Assembly (NCBI GenBank): GCA_964187785.1
Contig: OZ076409.1
Span: forward strand, 2,604,001 to 2,668,000
Length of the DNA stretch: 64,000 bases
From: Amphiscolops sp. MND2022
Taxonomy: Eukaryota
Direction: 5' to 3'
The notes beneath the pieces were generated by a model. That model was not told where the DNA came from, did not search any database, and was given only the letters and a program-made list of their open reading frames with translations. A program made the translations under genes and the position numbers. Position 1 is the first letter of the stretch, and every line of letters starts with the position of its first letter. Of this stretch, positions 20,377 to 31,144 are shown in pieces.

Positions 20377-23300
20377 TTGCCACATCTTCAGTTTGGGGAG
20401 ATTGTCGAAACCCGACATTTCACAACATCAGAACCCCCAAATACCTACGACCACGAAGAAAATGACGAGCGACATGAAGAACCATCCCTCGACTGGCAGC
20501 GAAGATGGCAGATTCACAAGCTCAACAAACAAAATAGACAAAACATGACTAAAAAGGACTACCCCCAATGGTACCTTGACAACCCAACCGACTACAGTAC
20601 CCCAAAACGACCACTACCCGAAAGTACTGCCCCTGAAACCTACATACATGACCCTGACTACAACTGCGACCCCTACTACAATCCCAAAATCTACGACCAA
20701 TTGACTCTAACCTTTAAACAACAAGAGTGTACGCCATTTGAGGAATTTATCAAGAAAACTGGGATGAATATCTCGACAGAACCACGTCACAGACCGAAGA
20801 CCGTCCAACCAGTCCCAGAATACGACCAGGACGCGGAACAAGTGACAGAAATAATAGTCGACGAGTCGACTAACAAACCCAAGTCCATACTCAAAGATCA
20901 CGGATCACAAACAACGGCTCCACAATCGCCACCAAAAAACCAACCAGTTAACCTAATCAGAGCCGGAAGAATACGATCCCCAACAATGGACGTGGCACCC
21001 GACTGCCACCAACATGAAAATCTCACCGGCAGGACCACGACTGAAGCCGTGGACCTGACCCAAACCACAACCAACACGGAGATAACAATCTCCACACCGC
21101 AAACAAGGAGAATAAAAAGGTCTCTACTCCTAGAGCCCCTCTCCCACAACGAGGCGTCGTCCTCACTCTCCTCCCCAAGAAGTCAGTCCGCAAATGAAGT
21201 CGAGGACCCTCGACCCAATACGACTGACGAAACGAACATGCAGTCTGAATCCCTACCCGGTGACGCAAATGGCACACCACTCCAGGACGTACCTAGGTCC
21301 TACCCCAACGACCAGACTGCAGAATACCCGAATCAAGATCATTCAGGCAGAGGGACACAAACCCCCCTCTCTTCCAACACCAGGCAGTCCGAAAATGAGA
21401 CCAAGAACCCTCGTCCCATTACGATTGCCGCAACCAACATGCAATCTGCATCCCCCTCAGGTGCTGTAAACGACACACCAACCCAGGACGAACCCCAGTC
21501 CTACCCCCTGGCGCAGATTGCAGAATACCTCACAAGAGACCCAATCACCAAAGAGGAATGCATCCCAATCTTCTCAGCGGTGACTCTTAAGAAAAAGAAG
21601 AAGATGCTATTCGCCCCAATGGACTTCCAGGACCTCACCCTGGACGCCCTCATTGACTCTGGAGCGCTGGTCAACTGCATCTCCGAAACCGACTATAACA
21701 AAATCCTTCAGATGTCCCCCAAGGACATAGTCAAAGAAATGGAACCACCCCCGTTCAAACTCCAAGTCGCAAACGGCGACATTGAAGCCCCCACCAAAAC
21801 AATAATCCTCCAATTTGAAATAGGGGACTGGAATTTCAAAGAGACGTTCATCGTTGCAAAACGACTAACAGGCCCAATACTTGGTCTCACATTCCTGAAA
21901 AACAACAGCGCCATTCTGGATGTAAGCCAAGGCCTACTCCACTTCCCCCATCTAACGTACTCAATTGAAACCGACGAGTACACCCGCAACCGAAAGATGT
22001 ACAAGGTACAAGTAAAGAATCCAATCACCATTCCTCCTGAAACAACCCAGACAATCACCGCGTACACAGACATAACGTCTACCATCGGCACAACCGGTGT
22101 CATCAACCCAGCTACCAACCATTGTAGCGGTGACCCCCTAGTAGTAGCCAGCTCAATATCTACAGCCTCCAACAGGAAAATTGAGGTAAGGGTGACCAAC
22201 ACTACCCCCACACCCTACACAATAAAAAAGAACACGACGGTTGCTGAATTCAAAATTATGTCGCCCGAAGAAGCCAAAGAGCTCAAACCGCTCAACACCG
22301 CAGCACTAAAAGTACTCACGGAGGATGACTCAGAAGATGCGATACTATACATCAACGAACTCCTGAAAACTTCGGACCAACCTTCCCAGAGTCAAAACTT
22401 TTGGTTCCCCACACCAGACAATCCTGGCGACCCTAGTACCCACACGCCGATTCAAAGCAGAATACTGAGGGAAATCAAGGAACTGGAAGAGATCCAGAAA
22501 CTGGACCCCAATAACAATGCTGAAGACCGAGAGGCTTTCCTCAAAAACTTTAAATGGGATGATTCCCAATTAACAGAAAATGACCAAAAAGACATTGAGG
22601 AAATCTTGATAGAGTTCAATGACATTTTCGCGAGGCACCGACTAGACATCGGAATCAACCACGACTTTAAAATCAAGCTCACGCCAAAAACAGACGACCC
22701 AGTCTACTCGCAAAGCCTGCCTTGCCCCATTAACTTGAAAGAGGACTTGACAGTGGAACTGGCATTAATGCATTATTTCGGGATTATAACAACCCTCCCG
22801 TTCAGCAAGTACGCCAGCCCGATTTTCGCTCAACGAAAACCGAACGGCCGCCTACGGCTCCTAGTAGATCTCAGAAAGATCAACAACCTGATTTCCGATG
22901 ATTACATCAATAACAATCATCCGGTCAGCACCCTCACGGACGCGGCACAACACCTCGCCGGCAAGAAGTTGTTTTGTAAGCTTGATTGCTCACAAGCTTA
23001 CCACGTACTGCAGATGGCAGACCAGAAGTCAGTCCAACTCCTAGCTTTCAACTTCGCCAGCAGGACGTTCGCGTACCTCAGGCTAGCCCAGGGACTGAGC
23101 CGCTCATTGTCATCCTTCTCAAGCTTCATGAGGGAGTATCTGGACAAAGCCATAAAGGCGGATAAATGCGCCCAATACGTGGACGACATTGGAATCGCCA
23201 CAAACACTCCTGAAGAGTTGAAAAACAATTTGAGAGAGGTCTTCCAATGCATCCGCGCTGCAGGACTCCGGCTCACAATGGCGAAATGTCAGTTCGGCGC

Positions 23301-26160
23301 CAAGGAAGTCGAATTCCTTGGGCGGACGATCTCCCCATCAGGCGTAGCACCCCAGAGCCACAAGATACAGAAATATCTGCAAACACTCAAGTTCCCCCGA
23401 ACGAAGAAAGGACTTCAACGATATATCGGATTTGTGAACTATTACAGAAATTACATTCCTCGATTATCCGAGAAGATTGCCCCTTTCCACGAACTCATCA
23501 AATCTGACAAGCCTGCCAAAATCGACCAAGAGCTCATAGCAAACTTTGAGGCCATCAACAAGTCCTTAGACAACGCGTGCGGGCTCTACCTCAAACAGCC
23601 GCTGCCAAACCGGCAGTATGTCCTGATGACTGACGCCAATTTCAAGAACGCAGGATACGCCTTAATGACCGAAGAGGACCCAGAACAGAAACTCACCTCC
23701 ACCAAGAAAACCTATGCTCCTGTGGCATTTGGATCTAAAACTTTCTCTCCGTCACAATTGAAAATGTCAATTTATGCCAAGGAGTTTTTAGCCATCTATT
23801 TCGCCTTCATGGAGTATAGTCACATCTTGTGGGGTTCCTCTAAGCCAACCATCGTCCTAACAGACAATAAATCAGTCACAAGGTTTTTTCAAACCAAAAT
23901 GATTCCACCCTCCCTGTGGAACGCTTGTGATTTCGTGCTTCAATTCCATTTCAAAATCGCCCATGTGCCCGGAAGGATGAACACGGCGGCAGACTTCCTC
24001 TCCCGATTGGACATCAGTCCCAAAGAAAAAGTCCTTCTCCAAATCAGAGAAGATATCCAGACAACACCCATCCAAGTGAACATCCAGTCCTCAGATATAC
24101 ATGAGGAGGACCAATTTTACTTCTTGCCAGAAGACGATTCCGAAACTGAGGAAGACATCTGGGAACGCAAACGGAGTGCCCGAAAGAAAATCTATAACCC
24201 CCAAGAACAACCAACTGATACTCAAACTGATACGACTGAACCAAAACCCCAAACGGAGAATCTACCCCTGGTCTGCAACAGCATCCAAGACCCGGAACAG
24301 AAACAAAGGCGCCAGCTATACAACGAAAACAGTTTTCCACGCAGCCTCAGACCACACCAGGACCAGGACCCTGTCCTCAGAAATCTCAAGCTCAAAATAT
24401 TGAAGGAGCCGTACGACACCCAACTCCTCAATGACGACCCCAGAGCAGCGAAGTACCTAGCCCAAGAAGATAGGATCATCATCAAAGACGGCCTCTTGTA
24501 TAGAAAATATTTTGGGGATACGGGGAAGGTCAAATATTTACAAGTGCTGCTCCCCCAACAACTGGTCAATGAATTCATACACCACCATCATGGCAAATAT
24601 GGAAGACATCCGGGCATAGCCAAAACCATTCAACAATGCCGCGAGAAATACTACTACCCAGGACTTGCCGCCCGGATAGCCAACCATATCTCACAGTGTA
24701 TGGAATGCGCCCAAACAAAGCGGACACCCAATAGCACCATCACACCACCACTAATCGACATGTCAAAAATAGCAATGGGACCCGAAGACGCACTCCAGAT
24801 GGACATAGTCCCCTTCGACGACCCATCAGGAGGTTACACCGCAGTCATCACAGCAATGGATGTCTTCTCCAGGTACCTATTCGCCTACAGTGTCGCTAGA
24901 ATCGACACCAGAACGGTCACCAGAGTCCTAATGGACATCATCACCAGACATTGCTATTTACCCACAACAATCATAACGGACAAGGGATCCCAATTCATAT
25001 CAGAAGCGATGCAACAAACCACCGCTGCACTGGGAATCCAACTGAAACACGCCACCACGAAACACGCTCAGACAATCGGCATCCTGGAGAGGACTCACGC
25101 CTCCCTGAAGGAAAGCCTCAAAATAATGGCAGGGGAACGGCGCACGATGTGGCATCAATTTCTACCGATGGCGGTATTGAATTACAATACCTCATACCAC
25201 ACATCACTAGGATGCGAACCCAGCAGAGTGTTTCACGGAAGAGTGCCCTACAATGTACTCGACCTGAAATATGGACTCAAGCCGCAGCCCCCTACCCCAA
25301 TCAACCACGAGATAGCCGAGGGAGTGTTACAACAAACACAACAGATCCTCAACCAAAGCCAGCAAGCTCTGATGCAAGCCTATGTCCGTCATAAACGCTA
25401 TTATGACAGAAAGGCATCAGCAAACCCACTGGTAGTAAACGACTACTGCTATGCATTGCATCCAAAGGCGCATAGCCAAGCGACAAAACTGCCGTTTCGG
25501 GAATACCTTTGGACGGGACCATATATCGTGGTCAAAACCCTACCCAATAATAACTATTTAATCCGAAAACTCCAAACGAACCTCACCCAAATCCTGCACA
25601 GAATCAGACTACGGCCATTCGCAAGCAGCCACAAACTGCCTGACATCTCAGTTGCGCCTAAAGATTTCCAGCAGGACACCGAAGTGCCTATACAGCACGA
25701 TGACCTTTTCGCAATGGCTTGGCAGGAACTTCACCAGGAACACCCTACCCACCCCACAAATAGTCAGCCACCCGAACCCGAAGTAATACCCCAAGCTCAG
25801 GAACCAGATACTGACCCAATATACCCCAGCCCTTCGAACCCCGACCCAGAGCATGGACCTGGAAGCAGTAATAACCACCCAGAAACCCAGACAGATGACC
25901 CAGACCTAGACACCGAAGATGAACCCGAAGATCGTCCACCCGTTCCTAAATCCCCCCGAAAATCTCATTACAATCTCCGACGAAACCCAGCTTCAAATTG
26001 GAAACCAGATTTCGCATACTATAATGCAGTAGAAATAAACTCCGAAAATCCCGCAATTCAAAACGAAGGCCTGAGCGATGGCCCAGAAATACAGATCCTA
26101 GCAGACCTCGGCCCAGACGGGGGCCCAAGATCAGGAAATCAATGTGGCCCCAGGCTCTAA
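20377..26160 (+). CDS. pol: Gypsy B Pol (PR-RT-RH-IN), intact, expressed by -1 frameshift
   Basis: Protease LDALIDSGA; RT YASPIF...LRLLVD and QYVDDIG; RNase H LMTDANF...FAFMEY...TDNK; integrase HHGKYGRHPG...CMEC, QMDIV, ITDKGSQF, ERTH; GPY motif. Confidence 0.96.
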   Translation: MPHLQFGEIVETRHFTTSEPPNTYDHEENDERHEEPSLDWQRRWQIHKLNKQNRQNMTKKDYPQWYLDNPTDYSTPKRPLPESTAPETYIHDPDYNCDPYYNPKIYDQLTLTFKQQECTPFEEFIKKTGMNISTEPRHRPKTVQPVPEYDQDAEQVTEIIVDESTNKPKSILKDHGSQTTAPQSPPKNQPVNLIRAGRIRSPTMDVAPDCHQHENLTGRTTTEAVDLTQTTTNTEITISTPQTRRIKRSLLLEPLSHNEASSSLSSPRSQSANEVEDPRPNTTDETNMQSESLPGDANGTPLQDVPRSYPNDQTAEYPNQDHSGRGTQTPLSSNTRQSENETKNPRPITIAATNMQSASPSGAVNDTPTQDEPQSYPLAQIAEYLTRDPITKEECIPIFSAVTLKKKKKMLFAPMDFQDLTLDALIDSGALVNCISETDYNKILQMSPKDIVKEMEPPPFKLQVANGDIEAPTKTIILQFEIGDWNFKETFIVAKRLTGPILGLTFLKNNSAILDVSQGLLHFPHLTYSIETDEYTRNRKMYKVQVKNPITIPPETTQTITAYTDITSTIGTTGVINPATNHCSGDPLVVASSISTASNRKIEVRVTNTTPTPYTIKKNTTVAEFKIMSPEEAKELKPLNTAALKVLTEDDSEDAILYINELLKTSDQPSQSQNFWFPTPDNPGDPSTHTPIQSRILREIKELEEIQKLDPNNNAEDREAFLKNFKWDDSQLTENDQKDIEEILIEFNDIFARHRLDIGINHDFKIKLTPKTDDPVYSQSLPCPINLKEDLTVELALMHYFGIITTLPFSKYASPIFAQRKPNGRLRLLVDLRKINNLISDDYINNNHPVSTLTDAAQHLAGKKLFCKLDCSQAYHVLQMADQKSVQLLAFNFASRTFAYLRLAQGLSRSLSSFSSFMREYLDKAIKADKCAQYVDDIGIATNTPEELKNNLREVFQCIRAAGLRLTMAKCQFGAKEVEFLGRTISPSGVAPQSHKIQKYLQTLKFPRTKKGLQRYIGFVNYYRNYIPRLSEKIAPFHELIKSDKPAKIDQELIANFEAINKSLDNACGLYLKQPLPNRQYVLMTDANFKNAGYALMTEEDPEQKLTSTKKTYAPVAFGSKTFSPSQLKMSIYAKEFLAIYFAFMEYSHILWGSSKPTIVLTDNKSVTRFFQTKMIPPSLWNACDFVLQFHFKIAHVPGRMNTAADFLSRLDISPKEKVLLQIREDIQTTPIQVNIQSSDIHEEDQFYFLPEDDSETEEDIWERKRSARKKIYNPQEQPTDTQTDTTEPKPQTENLPLVCNSIQDPEQKQRRQLYNENSFPRSLRPHQDQDPVLRNLKLKILKEPYDTQLLNDDPRAAKYLAQEDRIIIKDGLLYRKYFGDTGKVKYLQVLLPQQLVNEFIHHHHGKYGRHPGIAKTIQQCREKYYYPGLAARIANHISQCMECAQTKRTPNSTITPPLIDMSKIAMGPEDALQMDIVPFDDPSGGYTAVITAMDVFSRYLFAYSVARIDTRTVTRVLMDIITRHCYLPTTIITDKGSQFISEAMQQTTAALGIQLKHATTKHAQTIGILERTHASLKESLKIMAGERRTMWHQFLPMAVLNYNTSYHTSLGCEPSRVFHGRVPYNVLDLKYGLKPQPPTPINHEIAEGVLQQTQQILNQSQQALMQAYVRHKRYYDRKASANPLVVNDYCYALHPKAHSQATKLPFREYLWTGPYIVVKTLPNNNYLIRKLQTNLTQILHRIRLRPFASSHKLPDISVAPKDFQQDTEVPIQHDDLFAMAWQELHQEHPTHPTNSQPPEPEVIPQAQEPDTDPIYPSPSNPDPEHGPGSSNNHPETQTDDPDLDTEDEPEDRPPVPKSPRKSHYNLRRNPASNWKPDFAYYNAVEINSENPAIQNEGLSDGPEIQILADLGPDGGPRSGNQCGPRL

Positions 26161-26480
26161 CCTGGATGGCCGATCTACAACTGAATCTCAAATCTCCTCA
26201 ACCTACAGTGGCTTATCACTCTTTCACTCTACGACTTGGATGAAAACGATACAGAGGCTAAATACTAAATTGAATAACCCAGTGGAACACCGAGCTGCCT
26301 CAATTTTTTCTCTTTCGCTCCATACTACCAGAGCATAACAATTTTTTCTCCTTCTCTTTCTCTATAATAACGGAACCGACTGGCGGACCACTACAACATC
26401 AGGACAATGGGTATACAATAAAGAAACAACAAAAGAAAATAAATCAAAGCTATTCATCATAGTTTAGTTTCAAACAGTCT

Positions 26481-29400
26481 TCAACAAGATTTCTCTTGAC
26501 GGGACCCTTTTTTTGACCCTGTTTTCCTCTTCCGCGCCGACGAACTTGTAGAGGCCTGCAATGCATCGGATACTCCAGCTACAGAAACAGCTTCAGCAGC
26601 AGACGTGGTCCCAGATTGCAAACCACGCGATGATCGCCCATCAGCCATACGGGACCTCCACCCCTCGACTTGACCAGTGTAATAAGCTGTGTAACAGCGA
26701 AACAAACTTTCAAAAATTTCTCTCCAGGCATGACGACTAATATCGATGAAAGGATCAAAGGAAGTGCGCGACAAGAACTGATGCCCCACAGGCAAATTAG
26801 TCTTTAACTCTCCCAAACACTCCACGGTCAGCAAATCATTTGAGACAAACTTGGGATGGAGAACAAATGACTGCACCGCACTGATCCCTGAACGAATTAC
26901 AGACGCAGGAAGACCAACTCCACTACTTGAAATCTCAACAGGAGGCATAGCACTTGGCCCAGGACACACAATAACTCGCAATAGGCGCACCACTTGCTTG
27001 ACATGACCCCGACATTGATAAATGTCACTAGCTTCCAGGAACTCGAACACGTCACAAACCTGGGCAGGATCAGAAGACCGGCGACGCAGATCCACAACCA
27101 GAGATTTGAATTCATTTACAGATGCCTCTCGATCAACGCCACTCAGGAAGCTAGCATCCTGTAAACAACTCACCAGATCCTGGAACAATTCTACCACGTA
27201 CTCAGCATCTCCACACAGCAGCATATCCACACTCAAGCAGCTGAGAGAACGGGCCACACGGGAACTTGAATATGCTGAAGACCCAAGGTGTTTCAACAAC
27301 TCCAACAAAGAACCCTGGCACTCACGCAGGAAAGCGCGGCGCGGAGCATCATCAAAACCACGCAATGCCGTCACGATGCTGGGCTCAGACTGCAGACATT
27401 CCCCAGCGGTAACATTCGCCCAATTGGTCAAAGGCTGATCGATGTACTCGAACCAATTGTCGACTGATGGAAGCTGACTGACCTTCTTCACTTTGCCCAA
27501 AAGACTCCAGTAAAAAAAGCAAAAGTCAGTAAAATTGCGGCACGCGTAATCCCGAATTTTTGGATCCAGCTGCCGTCTGAAATTTGACCTGTAGCAAAGT
27601 AACACAACATGTAAGAAGGCGAATCGCGGCAAGACCAAACGGTCAGCACACAGAAGAGAATCCATATCCACAATAGTCGTCGACTTCTTCATTAACAACA
27701 CATTGTTGGATAAACACAGCTTCACGTCAGCCCAGTTATCCAGAAGTTCCTGCAGAACCTCACACAAGGACTCAAAAGGCACGACTCCAGATTCCAGACA
27801 CAAACGTAACTGGGGCAGATTCAACAACCACGCCTGATGGCGCACCCGCTTGAGACGCTGAACCAAGTACTCCAGAGCCGAGAACGGATCCACAGACCCC
27901 ACACACACAATACTAGAATCATTGATGAGACGACGCAACAAATCTGGATTAAAACTCACAGCAACAACAGGGACTGGTCGGCCCACTGCCCGACACCAAT
28001 CGATATACCCGTTAAACAGAACGGGAGGACAGTCCATAATCGCCGCAGGTCCTTGACTGGTTGACACAAGGGATAGTACACGCGCTAAACAACGCATCTC
28101 AGCCTCACAGGATGTCTCACTATGCTCTTCATCACAAAGGTGCACTTCTCGCAGACAGTCATCGGGGCAGCATCGGACGATACACCTCACACCGGAGTAT
28201 GAAGACTGCAGCGCCAAGCTAAACGGGCCGTCCCCAAGCCATGACTTTACGCGACGAAGCACACGCGGATAAAGAGTCTGCACCAAGACCACTAAGGTCT
28301 CAGTTTTACTCCAAGTGACTGAAGCGTATGGACTCTCGACTGGCAAGGTAGTCCGGAACTGATTCCACAGCCGACGCAGGAATAACTGGGACCCACCACT
28401 TTTCAGCAGCTCCAATAAGCATCCCACAAGAGTGGTCGGGGGCACATTAGATGGGACGCCAACAAGTGCATCTACTTCATCTTCGACGAACTTGTTCATA
28501 CGACCCAATACCACAGGAGGAGTTTCCTCAATCTCGGCACGTTGTTCAGCGGTCAGGTCAGCAACTCGGATGGGATCGAACTTCTCGGTATAAATCACAT
28601 CCTCATGGTCGTAACGGTACCGACGATCTTTGAGGTAATGACCCTTACACTTGAAGTGCCTCTAGATTCCGCGTGGACCCCGGGATAGAAAGGAAACATC
28701 TTTCTTGCAGATCGAGCAATTGAACCCATTTGGGCCCTTATCATTCCGCCGGCTGACAAACAATCGGGGAATCGCATGGTCACTCATGGCTTTCGTCAAC
28801 ACGTGACGCTCCGTCCGCTTCCTTGATCGATCTTCATCCCGAGCCAACAGTTTAGCCTTCTTCACCTCTAAAGGATCCAGAACACGACCAGGATTGTTGA
28901 CATCGATGCCCTTCCCTTTCAAAAGACGAGACAACTCTTCAAATTTTAAACACAACACCAAGGGGCTAAACAAGTAACTACATACCACAACTCTTCATGC
29001 AGACAATCAAAGATAGTGGCAAACAAAACCATCCCAAAAGAAACAATCGCAACAGTCAGGAAAGCCAAGCAATAGAATAATAACAACACCCTTACGTTTT
29101 GACAGGCTCTTCGTCTCTTTTAAAACTTCCGTCCGTTCAGCTCGGGCAGCACTTCGGGCCAGCATCACACACTGCGCCGCGGACATCACCATTGGAGAAC
29201 CAGGAGGAACTGTATCCAGGCCAGCTGATAACAAATGAGCAAATTTAACAACACTGCGAAATGAGGCTAAACTACCACACAAAGAAATCGCACAACACGG
29301 AGATGACACAAACAGTACAATGAACATGAAAATTTCAACGTACCCTTTTCCCAGTCATTGTAAACAACTGAGGCCTCCACCCCAACAGCGGCTCGTGCAT

Positions 29401-30322
29401 GTTGAGTCCTGCCACGCTTGGACGACTCTCCGGGGAGTTCAGAGACAGCATCACTGACAGGGGCAGGAGTATCAATCGCCGCCTCGCACACAAACACGTC
29501 ACTGTCTTCAGAAGACCCAACCCCAGGTCCAGGTTCTGCTCCAGTAACTGTAATACAAAATGAAGTATGACTAACAAGAAAATGCAGAACAAGTGTCCCT
29601 AAAAGCAACAAATGAACCCATTTCATCTACACAACACCCGAAGAAAGAGAGCGAATACCTACTTTCAAGAGTCCGAGAAGCAGAAATCATGGGGGGCATG
29701 TAGTCATCTCCTGAACTGTCATGAGCAGATGGCAACTTGGAAATGGAACCAGAGATGACGTCAGCCAACCGAACTCGCTTTGCCGACTGCACACTAGTGG
29801 TCGACAACTCCCGACTAGCCCTTGGTTTCTTCTCCCGCCGGGACTTTGTACTATGGGTCGGGACATAATCCTCATCAGACCCATCATCGCTAGCTACAGA
29901 AAGTAGATGAATAGAACGCGTTCAACGAAACCTAGAAAGGGCTGGCCACCCATTAATTTCTAGAAAAGATTACCTTTCTTCCGTGCCAAGTAGTCAATGT
30001 CATGGCGCTCATCACTGGTTGCAGAATGGAAAGACCCAGTTGCAACAATGCTCGCATGTTCTTCAACGCCGTCATCATCAGAAACTGCCTTTTCACCAAA
30101 GCCTGGCACATGCAGTTCTCCGTGACCAACAGAGACACCAGCTTCCTCCTGATTGCCTCCACCACTCGCCTCTCCACTCTCATCATCACTGCCATCTCCA
30201 CTAACTCTCTCCCCAACACGCACCACTGATCCCACGACGGACTCTACTTCTGCCTCACTCTCCTTCAGACCGACTTCCTGACTTCGACACAGCACAGCAT
30301 TATCCTCCTCGGTGGAGCTCAT
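26481..30322 (-). CDS. predicted 5-exon antisense gene: acidic N-terminus, BED-type zinc finger and hAT-transposase-like body (1122 aa, one in-frame TAG at 28662-28664); exons 30322-29974, 29893-29663, 29547-29344, 29224-29096, 28936-26481
   Basis: Four phase-1 GT-AG introns (80, 115, 119 and 159 nt) give 3369 nt in frame. Motifs: CSIC...I*RHFKCKGH, GPFSLAL, and a C-terminal LLRVIVCPGPS...E segment resembling the hAT dimerisation region. Confidence 0.7.
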
Positions 30323-30544
30323 GTTTCAAACTTGTCTAAAAATAACAAACCATGAAAAATTCAAAGAAGATGTGGCGTAAAACAATGGAATTATTAATAC
30401 TAGAAGTTATCTACTATATAAGGAGAGTTGTTCAGTCTGCCAGCTGAACAATTCATAGAGTTGACACAAACCGTGTGAACAAATTTTCCAAGCGAAGCAA
30501 ATCAGTTGTACTGAAAACTGATTGACACTCAGCTTGCTATTATA

Positions 30545-31144
30545 ATGAATCATCCCATTTCAAATAACCAAGCAGACGAAGACGTTTTTATTCTTGAACG
30601 AGATCAACAGCCAACACCGACTGAACAAAGGCCCAGTACTCCACCGCCTAATTATCGTATCATCAACCCGACGCAAGCTGCTATTGTTTATAAAATAGTC
30701 AAGACGGAAGACATACACGTAGTCCTTGTTCACGAACAACCAATTGCGAACGCAATTAACGTCGAAAATGAACACGGAATAATACGGAGGTTCACCACAG
30801 AAAACCCGGTTATCCCAGATGACGAATTCATGAGCCCCATCAGACGATTCAATCACGAGGACCAAAATAGCCATGATTATTTCGTCGACAGCCCTATGAG
30901 CTCAATAAGCGAGGCCGACATCAGCTCAGAAGGCTACTGGTCAGGCAGCAGTTGGGAAAGCAGCTCTTCATGGCGATCATACGATTCAATGAGAGATGAC
31001 CTCACCACTTTGTTTGATACACCGATACGATCCATTTCCCAATTTCTCCTTCCTGAGGGAACTGGGCAACGAAGCCGAGGACTGTCACAGCCCCACTTGA
31101 GCTGTGAGTATTGCAGCAGAATCAACCCAGTCTTCGAAGAATAA
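30545..31144 (+). CDS. hypothetical acidic/Ser-rich protein (199 aa) reading through the PPT region into the 3' LTR
   Basis: ATG-started 600-nt ORF with TATATAA at 30415-30421 upstream. The last 62 nt lie inside the LTR. Confidence 0.45.
   Translation: MNHPISNNQADEDVFILERDQQPTPTEQRPSTPPPNYRIINPTQAAIVYKIVKTEDIHVVLVHEQPIANAINVENEHGIIRRFTTENPVIPDDEFMSPIRRFNHEDQNSHDYFVDSPMSSISEADISSEGYWSGSSWESSSSWRSYDSMRDDLTTLFDTPIRSISQFLLPEGTGQRSRGLSQPHLSCEYCSRINPVFEE

Noticed and set aside
20707-26191. many 60-170 aa antisense or alternate-frame ORFs over pol of B, and likewise over C and D
   Set aside because: These are shadow ORFs expected from codon and strand bias of a long coding frame. Unlike the post-pol cargo, they show no domain or splice coherence.
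26161-30544. autonomous hAT transposon nested in B
   Set aside because: I found no TIRs or 8-bp TSD by eye, the first catalytic Asp position appears replaced, and base skew matches the host element. It is disfavoured but not excluded without other copies.
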